From positions 1 to 57,910 of the forward strand of contig CAVTNR010000015.1 of NCBI GenBank assembly GCA_963736115.1: a DNA stretch of 57,910 nt. Reading direction: 5' to 3'. Positions within the stretch are counted from its first letter, which is position 1. Each line of letters opens with the position of its first letter. The DNA is from an uncultured bacterium. GTDB lineage: Bacteria > Zhuqueibacterota > QNDG01 > DTFT01. Under the pieces are notes generated by a model that saw only the letters and a program-made list of their open reading frames with translations, searched no databases and was not told the DNA's origin. The translations under genes and the position numbers were made by a program. This document shows positions 8,508-16,976 of this stretch, piece by piece.

Positions 8508-8704
8508 GGGGTCTCCTGCGAATATGAGTCCTGGATGAAATCGGATCAATATAAACAATCCGGGAGGGAAATTCAATGCGGGATCAAAGAAAAACCTCCA
8601 TCGGACCAGAACAAGCCCGCTGGAGGTCTGTCGGACTGAAACACCGATCCTCCCGGCGGCTGTCAGCCCGCGGGAGGTTCCGCCTGAAGCCGCACTGCCA
8701 TTGA

Positions 8705-10750
8705 CTACCGCACCAGCGTGATCCGCATCGAATGCGTCTCCCGGCCGCATTCCAGGCGGAGGATGTAAACACCGCTGGGCAGGGGATTCCCCCGGAAATC
8801 GACCCCGTCGAAACGGATCGCGTGGAATCCGGCATCCAGGCCGCTGATATCGATGACCGCGACCAGTTCCCCGAGCAGGTTGTAGATCCTGATGAATTTC
8901 ACTTTTTCGCCTGCCGACAGCCGGGACAGAACAAACCGCACAGTCGCGGACGGATTGCAGGGATTGGGATAGGCTGAAACAAAACAAGTCTCCGGGATCG
9001 GCCTCTCGGTCCTGCCCCCTCTCACGGCGGAATGTTCGGCATCCGTCCACTCCGTCAGATAATCGACCGTATAGGCCGTATACCGGCACCGGATGTTGTA
9101 TTTCAGGCTCAGCTCGATGAGCCTCGACCTGAGCTCCGGGGTTTCGCCGGTCAATTCAATCCGGCGCTCGATCATGTCCATGGTCTCCTTTGCCCAGAGT
9201 CTGGCCGCGAAGAGAAGGGTATCCGTACGCCCGCTGTATTCGAGGCGGAAGTCATAGGTCACGAGGCCGGACGCGGACGTCCCCGCCATGGACAGGGTGG
9301 ACGTTCCGGGCATGGCGTACTCCCCGGCCATCCAGAAATAGGATCCCGCGAAAACCGCGGGCATCTTCACGGGGACCAGTTCGGTCAGGTCGGCCCGTCC
9401 GAATTCCATGGAAACGTCCTTGACGATGGGACGGCTGATTTTCCGGAACAACTGCTCCATGCCCGGCATCAGATTCTCGTCCCATTCGTCGAAGTAGGTC
9501 GTGAAACCGTAATTGAGGGCCGCTGTCATTTCCAGAACGGCACGCGACACATCCGCGCCCAGGCCCACAGGAAAGATGCCCGCTTTCCGGATGTTTTCCC
9601 GTTCCATCTCCGCGGGATCGAGAATCGAATACCCGTCCGTGAATGCGACGATGCAGTTGATCCGGTTCTCGTCGGGCATCTGGCCGAAGGCTGTCCGGAT
9701 CGCCGTGTCCATCTGCGAGCCCCATTCGGCACCTGCGGAGACGAGAAACGATTTGGCCGCCTCGCGGTTTCCGGCTGTGGCCGGAACCGGCGCCCCCCAG
9801 CAGGGCACCGCCGAATAATTGAACCGGATCACGTTGAATTCATCCGCTTCCGAGAGCATGTCGATTCCGACGGACACGGCCGTGGCGTACTGGCGCAGAC
9901 GCGTGCCGGTCATGCGGCTGGAGTTGTTGAACAGAAAGAAAACGCGCCGGGGAAACACGCTGTCGGGTTCCGCTTCGTCCGGCGGACGCACGAACAGGGC
10001 GAAATGCCCGGCCGTCGTGTCGTCCAGAACCGAGTAGAAGTCGCTCCCGAGCCGGGTCACGTCGGTTTCATACCAGAATTCCAGATCGTGATCGGTGTAG
10101 GCTTTCGGCCGGTCCATTTGCAGACGCACGCGCCCGCCGGCCGATTCGAGCACGCGGAATTCCGGATGCGTCGGCATGCCGACCGCAGTCACCGGCGTGT
10201 TGGAGTGAACGTCCACGGAGACGGCCAGATGCTCGAGCGGCGTGTCGACCAGATCCTCCGTGTCGAGCGGAATCCGGATGGAGCACCTTCCCCGGTCGTA
10301 TGTGCAGACGCTGATATATCTCAGCTGTACGGCCTGAATGCCTCCCGCCGGAATGCCCTGCAGGGGGATCTTGATTCCGTTTCTTCCGATGTAGTCGTTG
10401 ACCTCGGCCGCGATGCCGCCTTCGCCCGTTCCCGGATTGGTGCCCTGCTCCTTGACCTTGAGCCGGGCCGTGAAGATCTTTCCGTCGTACCAGTAGAGGA
10501 ACTCCGTCGCCCGCGCCTCGGGGGGAAGGGGAAAGGAATACATGGCGTCCGCGGGCTTGTCCGATTCGTTTACGAATTCCTGGTACACGAACGTCTCGGC
10601 GACCAGCCCCCGTATCCGGATCGTGACGCGGGTCATGCGGTTGCGCAGAAAATCCCTCGGATAATCCGGCGTGGTCGGCATCATCAGGCCATCCGCCCGC
10701 AGTGCCGCGGCGGACAGGAGGATGACGGACAGGATGAGCAGTTTTTTCAT
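8705..10750 (-). CDS. Secreted VIT + vWA protein with FlgD/T9SS-type C-terminal domain
   Basis: Signal peptide; VIT motif QEFVN..YSFPLP; vWA with FTDG; C-terminus AYPNPCNP..IYNLLGELV..LPSGVY. Confidence 0.85.
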   Translation of the reverse strand: MKKLLILSVILLSAAALRADGLMMPTTPDYPRDFLRNRMTRVTIRIRGLVAETFVYQEFVNESDKPADAMYSFPLPPEARATEFLYWYDGKIFTARLKVKEQGTNPGTGEGGIAAEVNDYIGRNGIKIPLQGIPAGGIQAVQLRYISVCTYDRGRCSIRIPLDTEDLVDTPLEHLAVSVDVHSNTPVTAVGMPTHPEFRVLESAGGRVRLQMDRPKAYTDHDLEFWYETDVTRLGSDFYSVLDDTTAGHFALFVRPPDEAEPDSVFPRRVFFLFNNSSRMTGTRLRQYATAVSVGIDMLSEADEFNVIRFNYSAVPCWGAPVPATAGNREAAKSFLVSAGAEWGSQMDTAIRTAFGQMPDENRINCIVAFTDGYSILDPAEMERENIRKAGIFPVGLGADVSRAVLEMTAALNYGFTTYFDEWDENLMPGMEQLFRKISRPIVKDVSMEFGRADLTELVPVKMPAVFAGSYFWMAGEYAMPGTSTLSMAGTSASGLVTYDFRLEYSGRTDTLLFAARLWAKETMDMIERRIELTGETPELRSRLIELSLKYNIRCRYTAYTVDYLTEWTDAEHSAVRGGRTERPIPETCFVSAYPNPCNPSATVRFVLSRLSAGEKVKFIRIYNLLGELVAVIDISGLDAGFHAIRFDGVDFRGNPLPSGVYILRLECGRETHSMRITLVR

Positions 10751-10759
10751 CGCCCCCCC

Positions 10760-13108
10760 CTACTTCAGATACAGAATTTTTCGTTCGGCGGCCGCGACCC
10801 CGCCTTCCGATTCCCGGGTGACCAGGCGGACGACATAGAAACCCGACGGCACGGGGAAACCCCGGTCATCGCACGCATCCCACCGGATGTCCCGGCCCCC
10901 TCCTTCCGGAACACGTATGCTCCGGACCGTTCGTCCCAGGACGTCATAAATCCGGATTTCCGACTTTCCCGGCCGGTCCGCCCGGACATGAAGGACGACC
11001 GTGTGGTTGAACGGATTCGGATAACATTCGAGCCCATGACCGGCTTTCGGCGCGCCTCCGGCCGAAAACGTCGTATCCGCGAATCCCCCGAGCCCGGAGG
11101 TGTGCAGTTCGAGCACGATGCGGTGCGCCCCGGACGGAGTCCCCGGAGAACGGTAGGACATCATGAACCGGAGATTGGCGCGCATGCGGCTGATCTCGAG
11201 AAGGACGTCCCGGAAGTTGCCGTTGATACTGTAGTACTTCCCGCCCGTGGCAAGCAGGATCGGGTCGTAGAACTCGGACTTCGCCCATTCCGCCCCGACC
11301 GCGTGAACCGTGATTCCGTTCGAAACGAGAATCGGTATGACGTCCGCTTTCGTCCTGGACGTGGCCCAATCCGCCTCGTGATAACTGATGTCGGTGATCC
11401 AGATGAACACCCGCCTGGCCGCCGGCCGAAACGCAAGCTCGCTGGCGCGGACCAGGGCGTCCAGCGAGTTCTCCGGACCGTCGCCTCCCCCGTGCGCGAA
11501 CTGTTCCGAAACCCGGGACTTGAACTGATGCACATCCGTGGTGAAGGCGTATACGTTCTCGACCTCGTCCAGAAAGGTGACCATCGCCAGCCGGTAATCC
11601 ACGCGTCTCACGCTCAGGCTGTCCGCGAATTCGACAATATTGTTCTTCACCGCATCGATCGTCCCGCCCATGCTGCCCGTGACGTCCAGGATGAAAACCA
11701 GGTCCAGCTGCTGCCGGCCGCCCGTGGTGTCGTCTTCGACCTCGAACCGGGTGATGCGGGTGCCGTCCTCGTACAGAAAGATGTTCTCGGGATACAATTG
11801 ACGGACCGGATTCCCCGATGCGGCGACATCGGCGTGAAACGCGAAACGCATTTCCGGGAACCCGGACGTGATGATCGAGTCGATCCGGACGGTCAGTCCG
11901 GTGTCGCTCTTGGCCGTGGCCGGGATGAACACATTCCGGGAAAAGGAGTCCAGAACCCGAGCCCCCTGCACCAGTACGACACCCGCCTCCGCGACCGTGG
12001 GTTCATAGACTTCCGCGGAATGAAGCGTCACCTTTTGCGTGATCGTCTCATTGCCGGCCAGCACGATCGGAGTCTCGGAATCGGGAACCCGGAGGCCCGA
12101 TCCCGCTTCGACGATGATCTGCCCGGTTCCGGAGAGAGGCCCGGCGGGCGCAAGGATCTCGACATGGGTGTCCATCTCCCTGGGGAAAAGGACGTTGTCC
12201 GTGATCGTGATTGCGGTCGGAACGTCCCATCTCAGGAAAACCTCGGATCCGAAGTCCGGATCGGTCAGGAAAAACCGGACCTGTACGGAATCGGATTCGC
12301 CCGGCGCCAGCCGCCTCTGATCCCAGGCCATCTTGAGGCACAGATCGAACAGTTTGTCCACGGTTCCGGACCGGAATCCGGGAGCCGGGTCCGCGTATGC
12401 GTCCGGCCAGTTGGCAGCGTCAATCTTCAGCGGCGGCCTGGCGGGAAATGCCAGTTCCATGCCCAGACCCTTCGCGCCGTTCCGCCGCTCCAGGAGGGTG
12501 ATGAGGTCAGGCACGCCCGCGCCCTCGAACAGGGTGTCCCTCTCCAGGAACCGCGAATCCATGCTCAGATATCCGTCCCCCCATTTACCCAAGGCGGGAT
12601 CGAAAACCAGGCCAAGTCCGATGTCATGCGCCTCATCATCCGTATTGGTCATCCGTATCGTGGCCAGCACAGAGGCCCCTTCCAGGCGCAGGGAGAATGA
12701 AAACGACGGTTTGTCATCCCGGTCCGCGCGAACCTCGATCCGGGTGCCGGCTGTTCCCGTAGGGATCAATGCGTTCTCACCGGGGTAGCAGTCCCGGGGC
12801 AGCATCCACGCGCCGTCCACACAGATCAGGGGATACGAGGTCATGGCATACGGATGACCGAAGGATACGCCGCAGTGATCGTCGAGTGCGGACGGGGACA
12901 GGCCCGCGACCGTCCCGATAGTGTAATACCCCCCGCTCAGCAGGGTCATGGACAGCATCGGGTCCGCCGCGGTCCGCATCAGCCCTTCAGCACTGCCGGG
13001 GACAGCCGCCGCATCCGGACCGGCGTCCGGAAGATCGAGGCTGTTCTTGTCGATCGCGAACGAGGCGGCCGTTGCCCACGTTAGAATGACGGCCAGGCGC
13101 AATCTCAT
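10760..13108 (-). CDS. Secreted vWA protein with FlgD/T9SS-type C-terminal domain
   Basis: Signal peptide MRLRLAVILTW; LDLVFILDVTGSM, GGDGPENSLDAL, WITD; YPNPFN..WDACDDRGFPVPSGFY. Confidence 0.85.
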   Translation of the reverse strand: MRLRLAVILTWATAASFAIDKNSLDLPDAGPDAAAVPGSAEGLMRTAADPMLSMTLLSGGYYTIGTVAGLSPSALDDHCGVSFGHPYAMTSYPLICVDGAWMLPRDCYPGENALIPTGTAGTRIEVRADRDDKPSFSFSLRLEGASVLATIRMTNTDDEAHDIGLGLVFDPALGKWGDGYLSMDSRFLERDTLFEGAGVPDLITLLERRNGAKGLGMELAFPARPPLKIDAANWPDAYADPAPGFRSGTVDKLFDLCLKMAWDQRRLAPGESDSVQVRFFLTDPDFGSEVFLRWDVPTAITITDNVLFPREMDTHVEILAPAGPLSGTGQIIVEAGSGLRVPDSETPIVLAGNETITQKVTLHSAEVYEPTVAEAGVVLVQGARVLDSFSRNVFIPATAKSDTGLTVRIDSIITSGFPEMRFAFHADVAASGNPVRQLYPENIFLYEDGTRITRFEVEDDTTGGRQQLDLVFILDVTGSMGGTIDAVKNNIVEFADSLSVRRVDYRLAMVTFLDEVENVYAFTTDVHQFKSRVSEQFAHGGGDGPENSLDALVRASELAFRPAARRVFIWITDISYHEADWATSRTKADVIPILVSNGITVHAVGAEWAKSEFYDPILLATGGKYYSINGNFRDVLLEISRMRANLRFMMSYRSPGTPSGAHRIVLELHTSGLGGFADTTFSAGGAPKAGHGLECYPNPFNHTVVLHVRADRPGKSEIRIYDVLGRTVRSIRVPEGGGRDIRWDACDDRGFPVPSGFYVVRLVTRESEGGVAAAERKILYLK

Positions 13109-13205
13109 AATTCCTCCCTTTTCTGAAAAACGCGGCATGAAACCGGGGCGGCAACCGCGCAAATGCAATCAAGTGGGACGAACCTTTAAAGCGCGTCGCA
13201 CTTTT

Positions 13206-15332
13206 TTACCGCACCAGCCCCATCTTGATGCTCCGGACGAACCGCTTCGTGTCTCCGGTGCGGACTTCCATGCGGCAGACATAGATGCCGGACGGGACTG
13301 GATTGCCGGCGGAGTCGAAACCATCCCAGGTCACGGAATAACTGCCCGCGTTCCGTGCCCCGTCCGTCAGCACGCGGATCAGCCGTCCGTTGAGATCATA
13401 CACCGCGATTTTAACCCGGCCCGCGAGAGGCATGTCGAATCGGATCGCCGTCGAGGGATTGAAGGGATTGGGGTAATTTGCGTGCAGGCGGAATTCGCGA
13501 TTCGCGCCGATCCGATCCGCATCCACTTCGAGCGCGCCGGAATTATCGCCCGGATCGTTCGGGTCCGGATTCTCGGGATCGGAATAGAACGCCGTATACG
13601 GCGTCAATATCCCGAACCGGAGGCTCAGCTCGATGACCTGGTTCTTCAGCTCGTCCAGCTCTCCGTACATGGCGATCTGGTCGAGCAGGAAATCGATTTT
13701 CGATTTGGCCCAGAGCCTGGGCACGAATGCGTATCCGCCCGGCGTGCCTGCGAAATCGGCGTCGGCATTGAACTGCTGCGCCTGGCCGCGCACGATCCCG
13801 CTCAGAACCACCGGAACCGTTCCGGAGCTCGAGTACAACCCGAACTGAACCACCTGGCTTCCCCAGAACAGATCAGGAAGCGGGCGCGGGTACTTGTCCG
13901 ACGTGACCAAGCCGTCGATTTGAATCGACAGATCGGCCAGCACGGGCTTGGAGACCCGCATCAAATGGCCGCCGACCACGGCCGCGATGCTGTCGTCCGC
14001 CGTGATGAAGGTCGCGTAACCGCCGTTCTCCACCGCCAATTGCATGAGCAGGGGCTTACTGACCTCTCCCACACCGAAGGTGAAAATCCGCGCGTCCGCC
14101 GTGTTCGCGGCCGTCACGTTCGCCAGGATGTCCGGCACGAACGTCTCGCCCCAGGTCGGGTATCCGTCCGTGATGAATACAATCATGTTGAAATACCCGT
14201 CCGAAAAAGACTGGGCCAGCGCCTGCGTCAGGGCCGAATTGATGTCGGTCAGGCCGAGCGCGCCGAGATCGGAGACAAACACGTCCGCGGCCGCGATCTC
14301 GGAAGGCGCGGCCTGCGTGAGATTTTCCCGAAACGGCACCACGCGGGTGCCGAAGGCGATGATGTTGAAAAAGTCGTCGGACCGCAGGTTTCCGATGAAC
14401 GCGTGCAGGGCGGCCTTGAGCTGTTCGATGCGTAGCCCCTCCATACTCGAGGAAACGTCGGCCACGAAAACGATTTTCCTCGGAATCACCTCGTCCGGCG
14501 CGATGCTGTCGGGCGGCGTGATCCATACCGCATAGAACGAATCGGTTCCGAAGGAATCGGCCGGCACCGGCGTGTAGCGGAACATGCTGAGTTCCACGTC
14601 CGTGCGCACCGTCTCGTACTCGATCATCAGGTCCTTGTCCGGCATGCAGTTCTCGTCGCCGTACACCAGCGTGTATTTCTTGTCGCTCACCTGCGCGATG
14701 GTGGCCGCCAGGGTCGATCCATGGGACGGACACCGGAAATACTTGATGGCGGACTGCGTTTCGAGCGTCAGGTCCACGGACAGCCGGTTGAGTGGTTTGG
14801 GGGACAGGGACGCGGCGTCCATCATAAACGCGTACTCCACCCTGCCGAATTCATAGGTCAGCATTTCGATGTAGGTGATTTCCGTCCGCACTTCCGAATT
14901 GGGATTCACCGGCCCCACCGAAAGGCGGAACAGGTTGTCCCCAAGGTATTCCAGAAGGGCCGGATCGATGCGCTGCCGGATGTGGCTCTCGTAGTCCCGC
15001 CTGGCCTCGGCCGCCTCCCGGATTTCGGCCTTGTAGCGCTTGCCGTTGAACCAGTAATAAAGCTCGGTCACGACCGCGCCCTCGGGCAGAGGGAAAATCC
15101 AAACCGTCTCGACCGTCTGGTTCATCTCGTTCAGAAAGGTCTGGTCGCAGTGTGTGACCGCGGCCTGACCCTGAATCGAAACCGTGGCGTCGACGTTCTT
15201 GATCCAGACTTTCCGGTACTCCTCCGTCGAATTGAGCGGCCTGGAGTACAGCACGCCGATGGCGGCCGCTTTTTGCGGCAGAGCGAAGAAAATGGTCAGG
15301 AATGCCAATGCGAAGAACGAAAGGCGTTTCAT
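13206..15332 (-). CDS. Secreted VIT + vWA protein with FlgD/T9SS-type C-terminal domain
   Basis: Signal peptide; WIFPLPEGA; FVADVSSSM (MIDAS), FITDG; RLWAK..LTPYTAF; NYPNPFNP..WDG..PSGIY. Confidence 0.9.
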   Translation of the reverse strand: MKRLSFFALAFLTIFFALPQKAAAIGVLYSRPLNSTEEYRKVWIKNVDATVSIQGQAAVTHCDQTFLNEMNQTVETVWIFPLPEGAVVTELYYWFNGKRYKAEIREAAEARRDYESHIRQRIDPALLEYLGDNLFRLSVGPVNPNSEVRTEITYIEMLTYEFGRVEYAFMMDAASLSPKPLNRLSVDLTLETQSAIKYFRCPSHGSTLAATIAQVSDKKYTLVYGDENCMPDKDLMIEYETVRTDVELSMFRYTPVPADSFGTDSFYAVWITPPDSIAPDEVIPRKIVFVADVSSSMEGLRIEQLKAALHAFIGNLRSDDFFNIIAFGTRVVPFRENLTQAAPSEIAAADVFVSDLGALGLTDINSALTQALAQSFSDGYFNMIVFITDGYPTWGETFVPDILANVTAANTADARIFTFGVGEVSKPLLMQLAVENGGYATFITADDSIAAVVGGHLMRVSKPVLADLSIQIDGLVTSDKYPRPLPDLFWGSQVVQFGLYSSSGTVPVVLSGIVRGQAQQFNADADFAGTPGGYAFVPRLWAKSKIDFLLDQIAMYGELDELKNQVIELSLRFGILTPYTAFYSDPENPDPNDPGDNSGALEVDADRIGANREFRLHANYPNPFNPSTAIRFDMPLAGRVKIAVYDLNGRLIRVLTDGARNAGSYSVTWDGFDSAGNPVPSGIYVCRMEVRTGDTKRFVRSIKMGLVR

Positions 15333-15403
15333 GGCTCCCTCCTTGAAACTGTAATAATGGAAGTGGTGGAACGGGGGTTGCAGAATGCTCTAGATGTACA
15401 GGT

Positions 15404-15432
15404 AATATATAACTTTATGAAAACAAATGCAA
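15404..15432 (-). promoter_or_regulatory. Sigma70 promoter for the vWA cluster
   Basis: TTGCAT-17-TATATT. Confidence 0.55.
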
Positions 15433-15437
15433 TAAAT

Positions 15438-15481
15438 AAAAAGCGGACCTCCCTAAAGCCTTGGGCCTTCGGGAGGTCCGC
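15438..15481 (-). terminator. Intrinsic terminator after the PAS sensor gene
   Basis: GCGGACCTCCC...GGGAGGTCCGC followed by a T-run on the minus strand. Confidence 0.7.
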
Positions 15482-15502
15482 CGATTTACAGCGCCACCTG
15501 CA

Positions 15503-16819
15503 TCACCCGATCGGTATTTTCACCCGCGCCAGAATGCCGCCTTCGGTTTGCACGATTTCCGTCTTTCCGCCGAATGCGTCCGCCAGCACGGCCAGGGCTT
15601 TCTCGCCCAGATCGCTGTTCCCGGCATTATCCTGCGTCACGGTCGGATCCACGGCACGCGCCAGAAAATAGCGGAAGTGAATGGCGCCCGGCGCCCGGAT
15701 CTCAGCCACGGCCATGTTCTCCTCCATCAAAGTCCGCACTGAAAGATCCCCTTTCGCGGCCTTGGGCAGGGATTCATACGCCGCGCGGAGAAGAACCTCG
15801 AAGGCCAGGGACAAATCGCGGCCCGAGGCCAGCAGGGGCGGGACTTCCTTCGAAAAGGACGTGTTTTTCAGAATATCGTCCGATCCAGCGAGAAAGGCCA
15901 GGTGGAAGAGTTCCTGCCTCAGCACCTCGGCCAGGGTCCAATTTCCGCTTCCCTCTTCCAGGTTGCGGGAATTACGGGCGACCAGGTACTGCAGGGCCTT
16001 TCGCATCTTCTCCCATTCCATGAAAAAGGGCGAAAACTTGACATCCTCGGCCGGCAGTTTCTTCAGGTCCTTATTGACCGCGTCCATGGTGGCGTTCATG
16101 GGCGAGATGAATTTCCGCACCATCTGCTGATTCTCCGCCGAGGCCGCGCGCAGTCTGGCGCGGTTGAATTCGGCCAACTCGAGCGCGCGCTCGTTTCCCT
16201 TCGAGTCGGCCCGGTGCTTGATGTCCCGCGCGACGTGGAGAATGCACTGGGTCTTGTCCAGCTTGATCCATTTGGCGTTCACGTCGAGGTTCAGCGTCTG
16301 CCCGTCCCTGTTCCGCCACTGCTCCTCGAACCGGCAGATCCCGTTGTCCAGCCAGGCCTGTTTCCGGGAGTCCGTGAATTCGTTTTCAACCTGAATCTGG
16401 TCCAGCGTCATTTTCTTCAACTCTTCGCGCGAATATCCGCTGAGCAAAGTGACGGCTTCGTTGAACAGCAGAAACCGGCCCTCTTCCGTGGTCAGATAGA
16501 TGGCGTCGCTGATGGTCTCGACCAGGAGCCGGTACCGGCCCTCGAGGTTCCGGAGACGGCCGCGGGCTTTTTCCATGTTCTCCTCGAGAAGCCCCTTTTC
16601 CTCCTGAAGCCGCTCGTACTTCTCCCGCTCCTTGCCGCTCAGGTATCCGATGCCCGCTCCGACCAAAATGAAAATCACCCAGACCAGGGAAGAAGCGCCG
16701 ATTCTCCTGTAGAAAAACTGGATGACATAGCCGCCGAAAACACCCATGATAACGCCGACAATGAGGTTCTGGTAAACCTGACTGAGCTGGTTGATTCTGT
16801 TTGTGATGGATTCAGGCAT
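15503..16819 (-). CDS. Membrane PAS sensor with degenerate histidine-kinase-like C-terminus
   Basis: Two TM helices, coiled coil, PAS (YRLLVETISDAIY..LSGYSREEL..ARDI), HATPase-like remnant lacking the canonical boxes. Confidence 0.7.
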   Translation of the reverse strand: MPESITNRINQLSQVYQNLIVGVIMGVFGGYVIQFFYRRIGASSLVWVIFILVGAGIGYLSGKEREKYERLQEEKGLLEENMEKARGRLRNLEGRYRLLVETISDAIYLTTEEGRFLLFNEAVTLLSGYSREELKKMTLDQIQVENEFTDSRKQAWLDNGICRFEEQWRNRDGQTLNLDVNAKWIKLDKTQCILHVARDIKHRADSKGNERALELAEFNRARLRAASAENQQMVRKFISPMNATMDAVNKDLKKLPAEDVKFSPFFMEWEKMRKALQYLVARNSRNLEEGSGNWTLAEVLRQELFHLAFLAGSDDILKNTSFSKEVPPLLASGRDLSLAFEVLLRAAYESLPKAAKGDLSVRTLMEENMAVAEIRAPGAIHFRYFLARAVDPTVTQDNAGNSDLGEKALAVLADAFGGKTEIVQTEGGILARVKIPIG

Positions 16820-16976
16820 GACGGTTCCCCTCAGGCATGTGAACAGAATGATCCGATAAATATTTTGCAAACTTTATACCAATATAGAGGATACGGAACG
16901 CATTATTCCCGTTTTTCTCCTTGACATTTCGCCTTTTTCGGCTTAGTATAAAAAAATGCATGACCCGGAGGCTTGC

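Noticed and set aside
9032-12700. Very long plus-strand ORFs (also 3347-5623, 43754-46969, 48396-49901)
   Set aside because: Antisense shadows of GC-rich minus-strand genes with no recognisable motifs.
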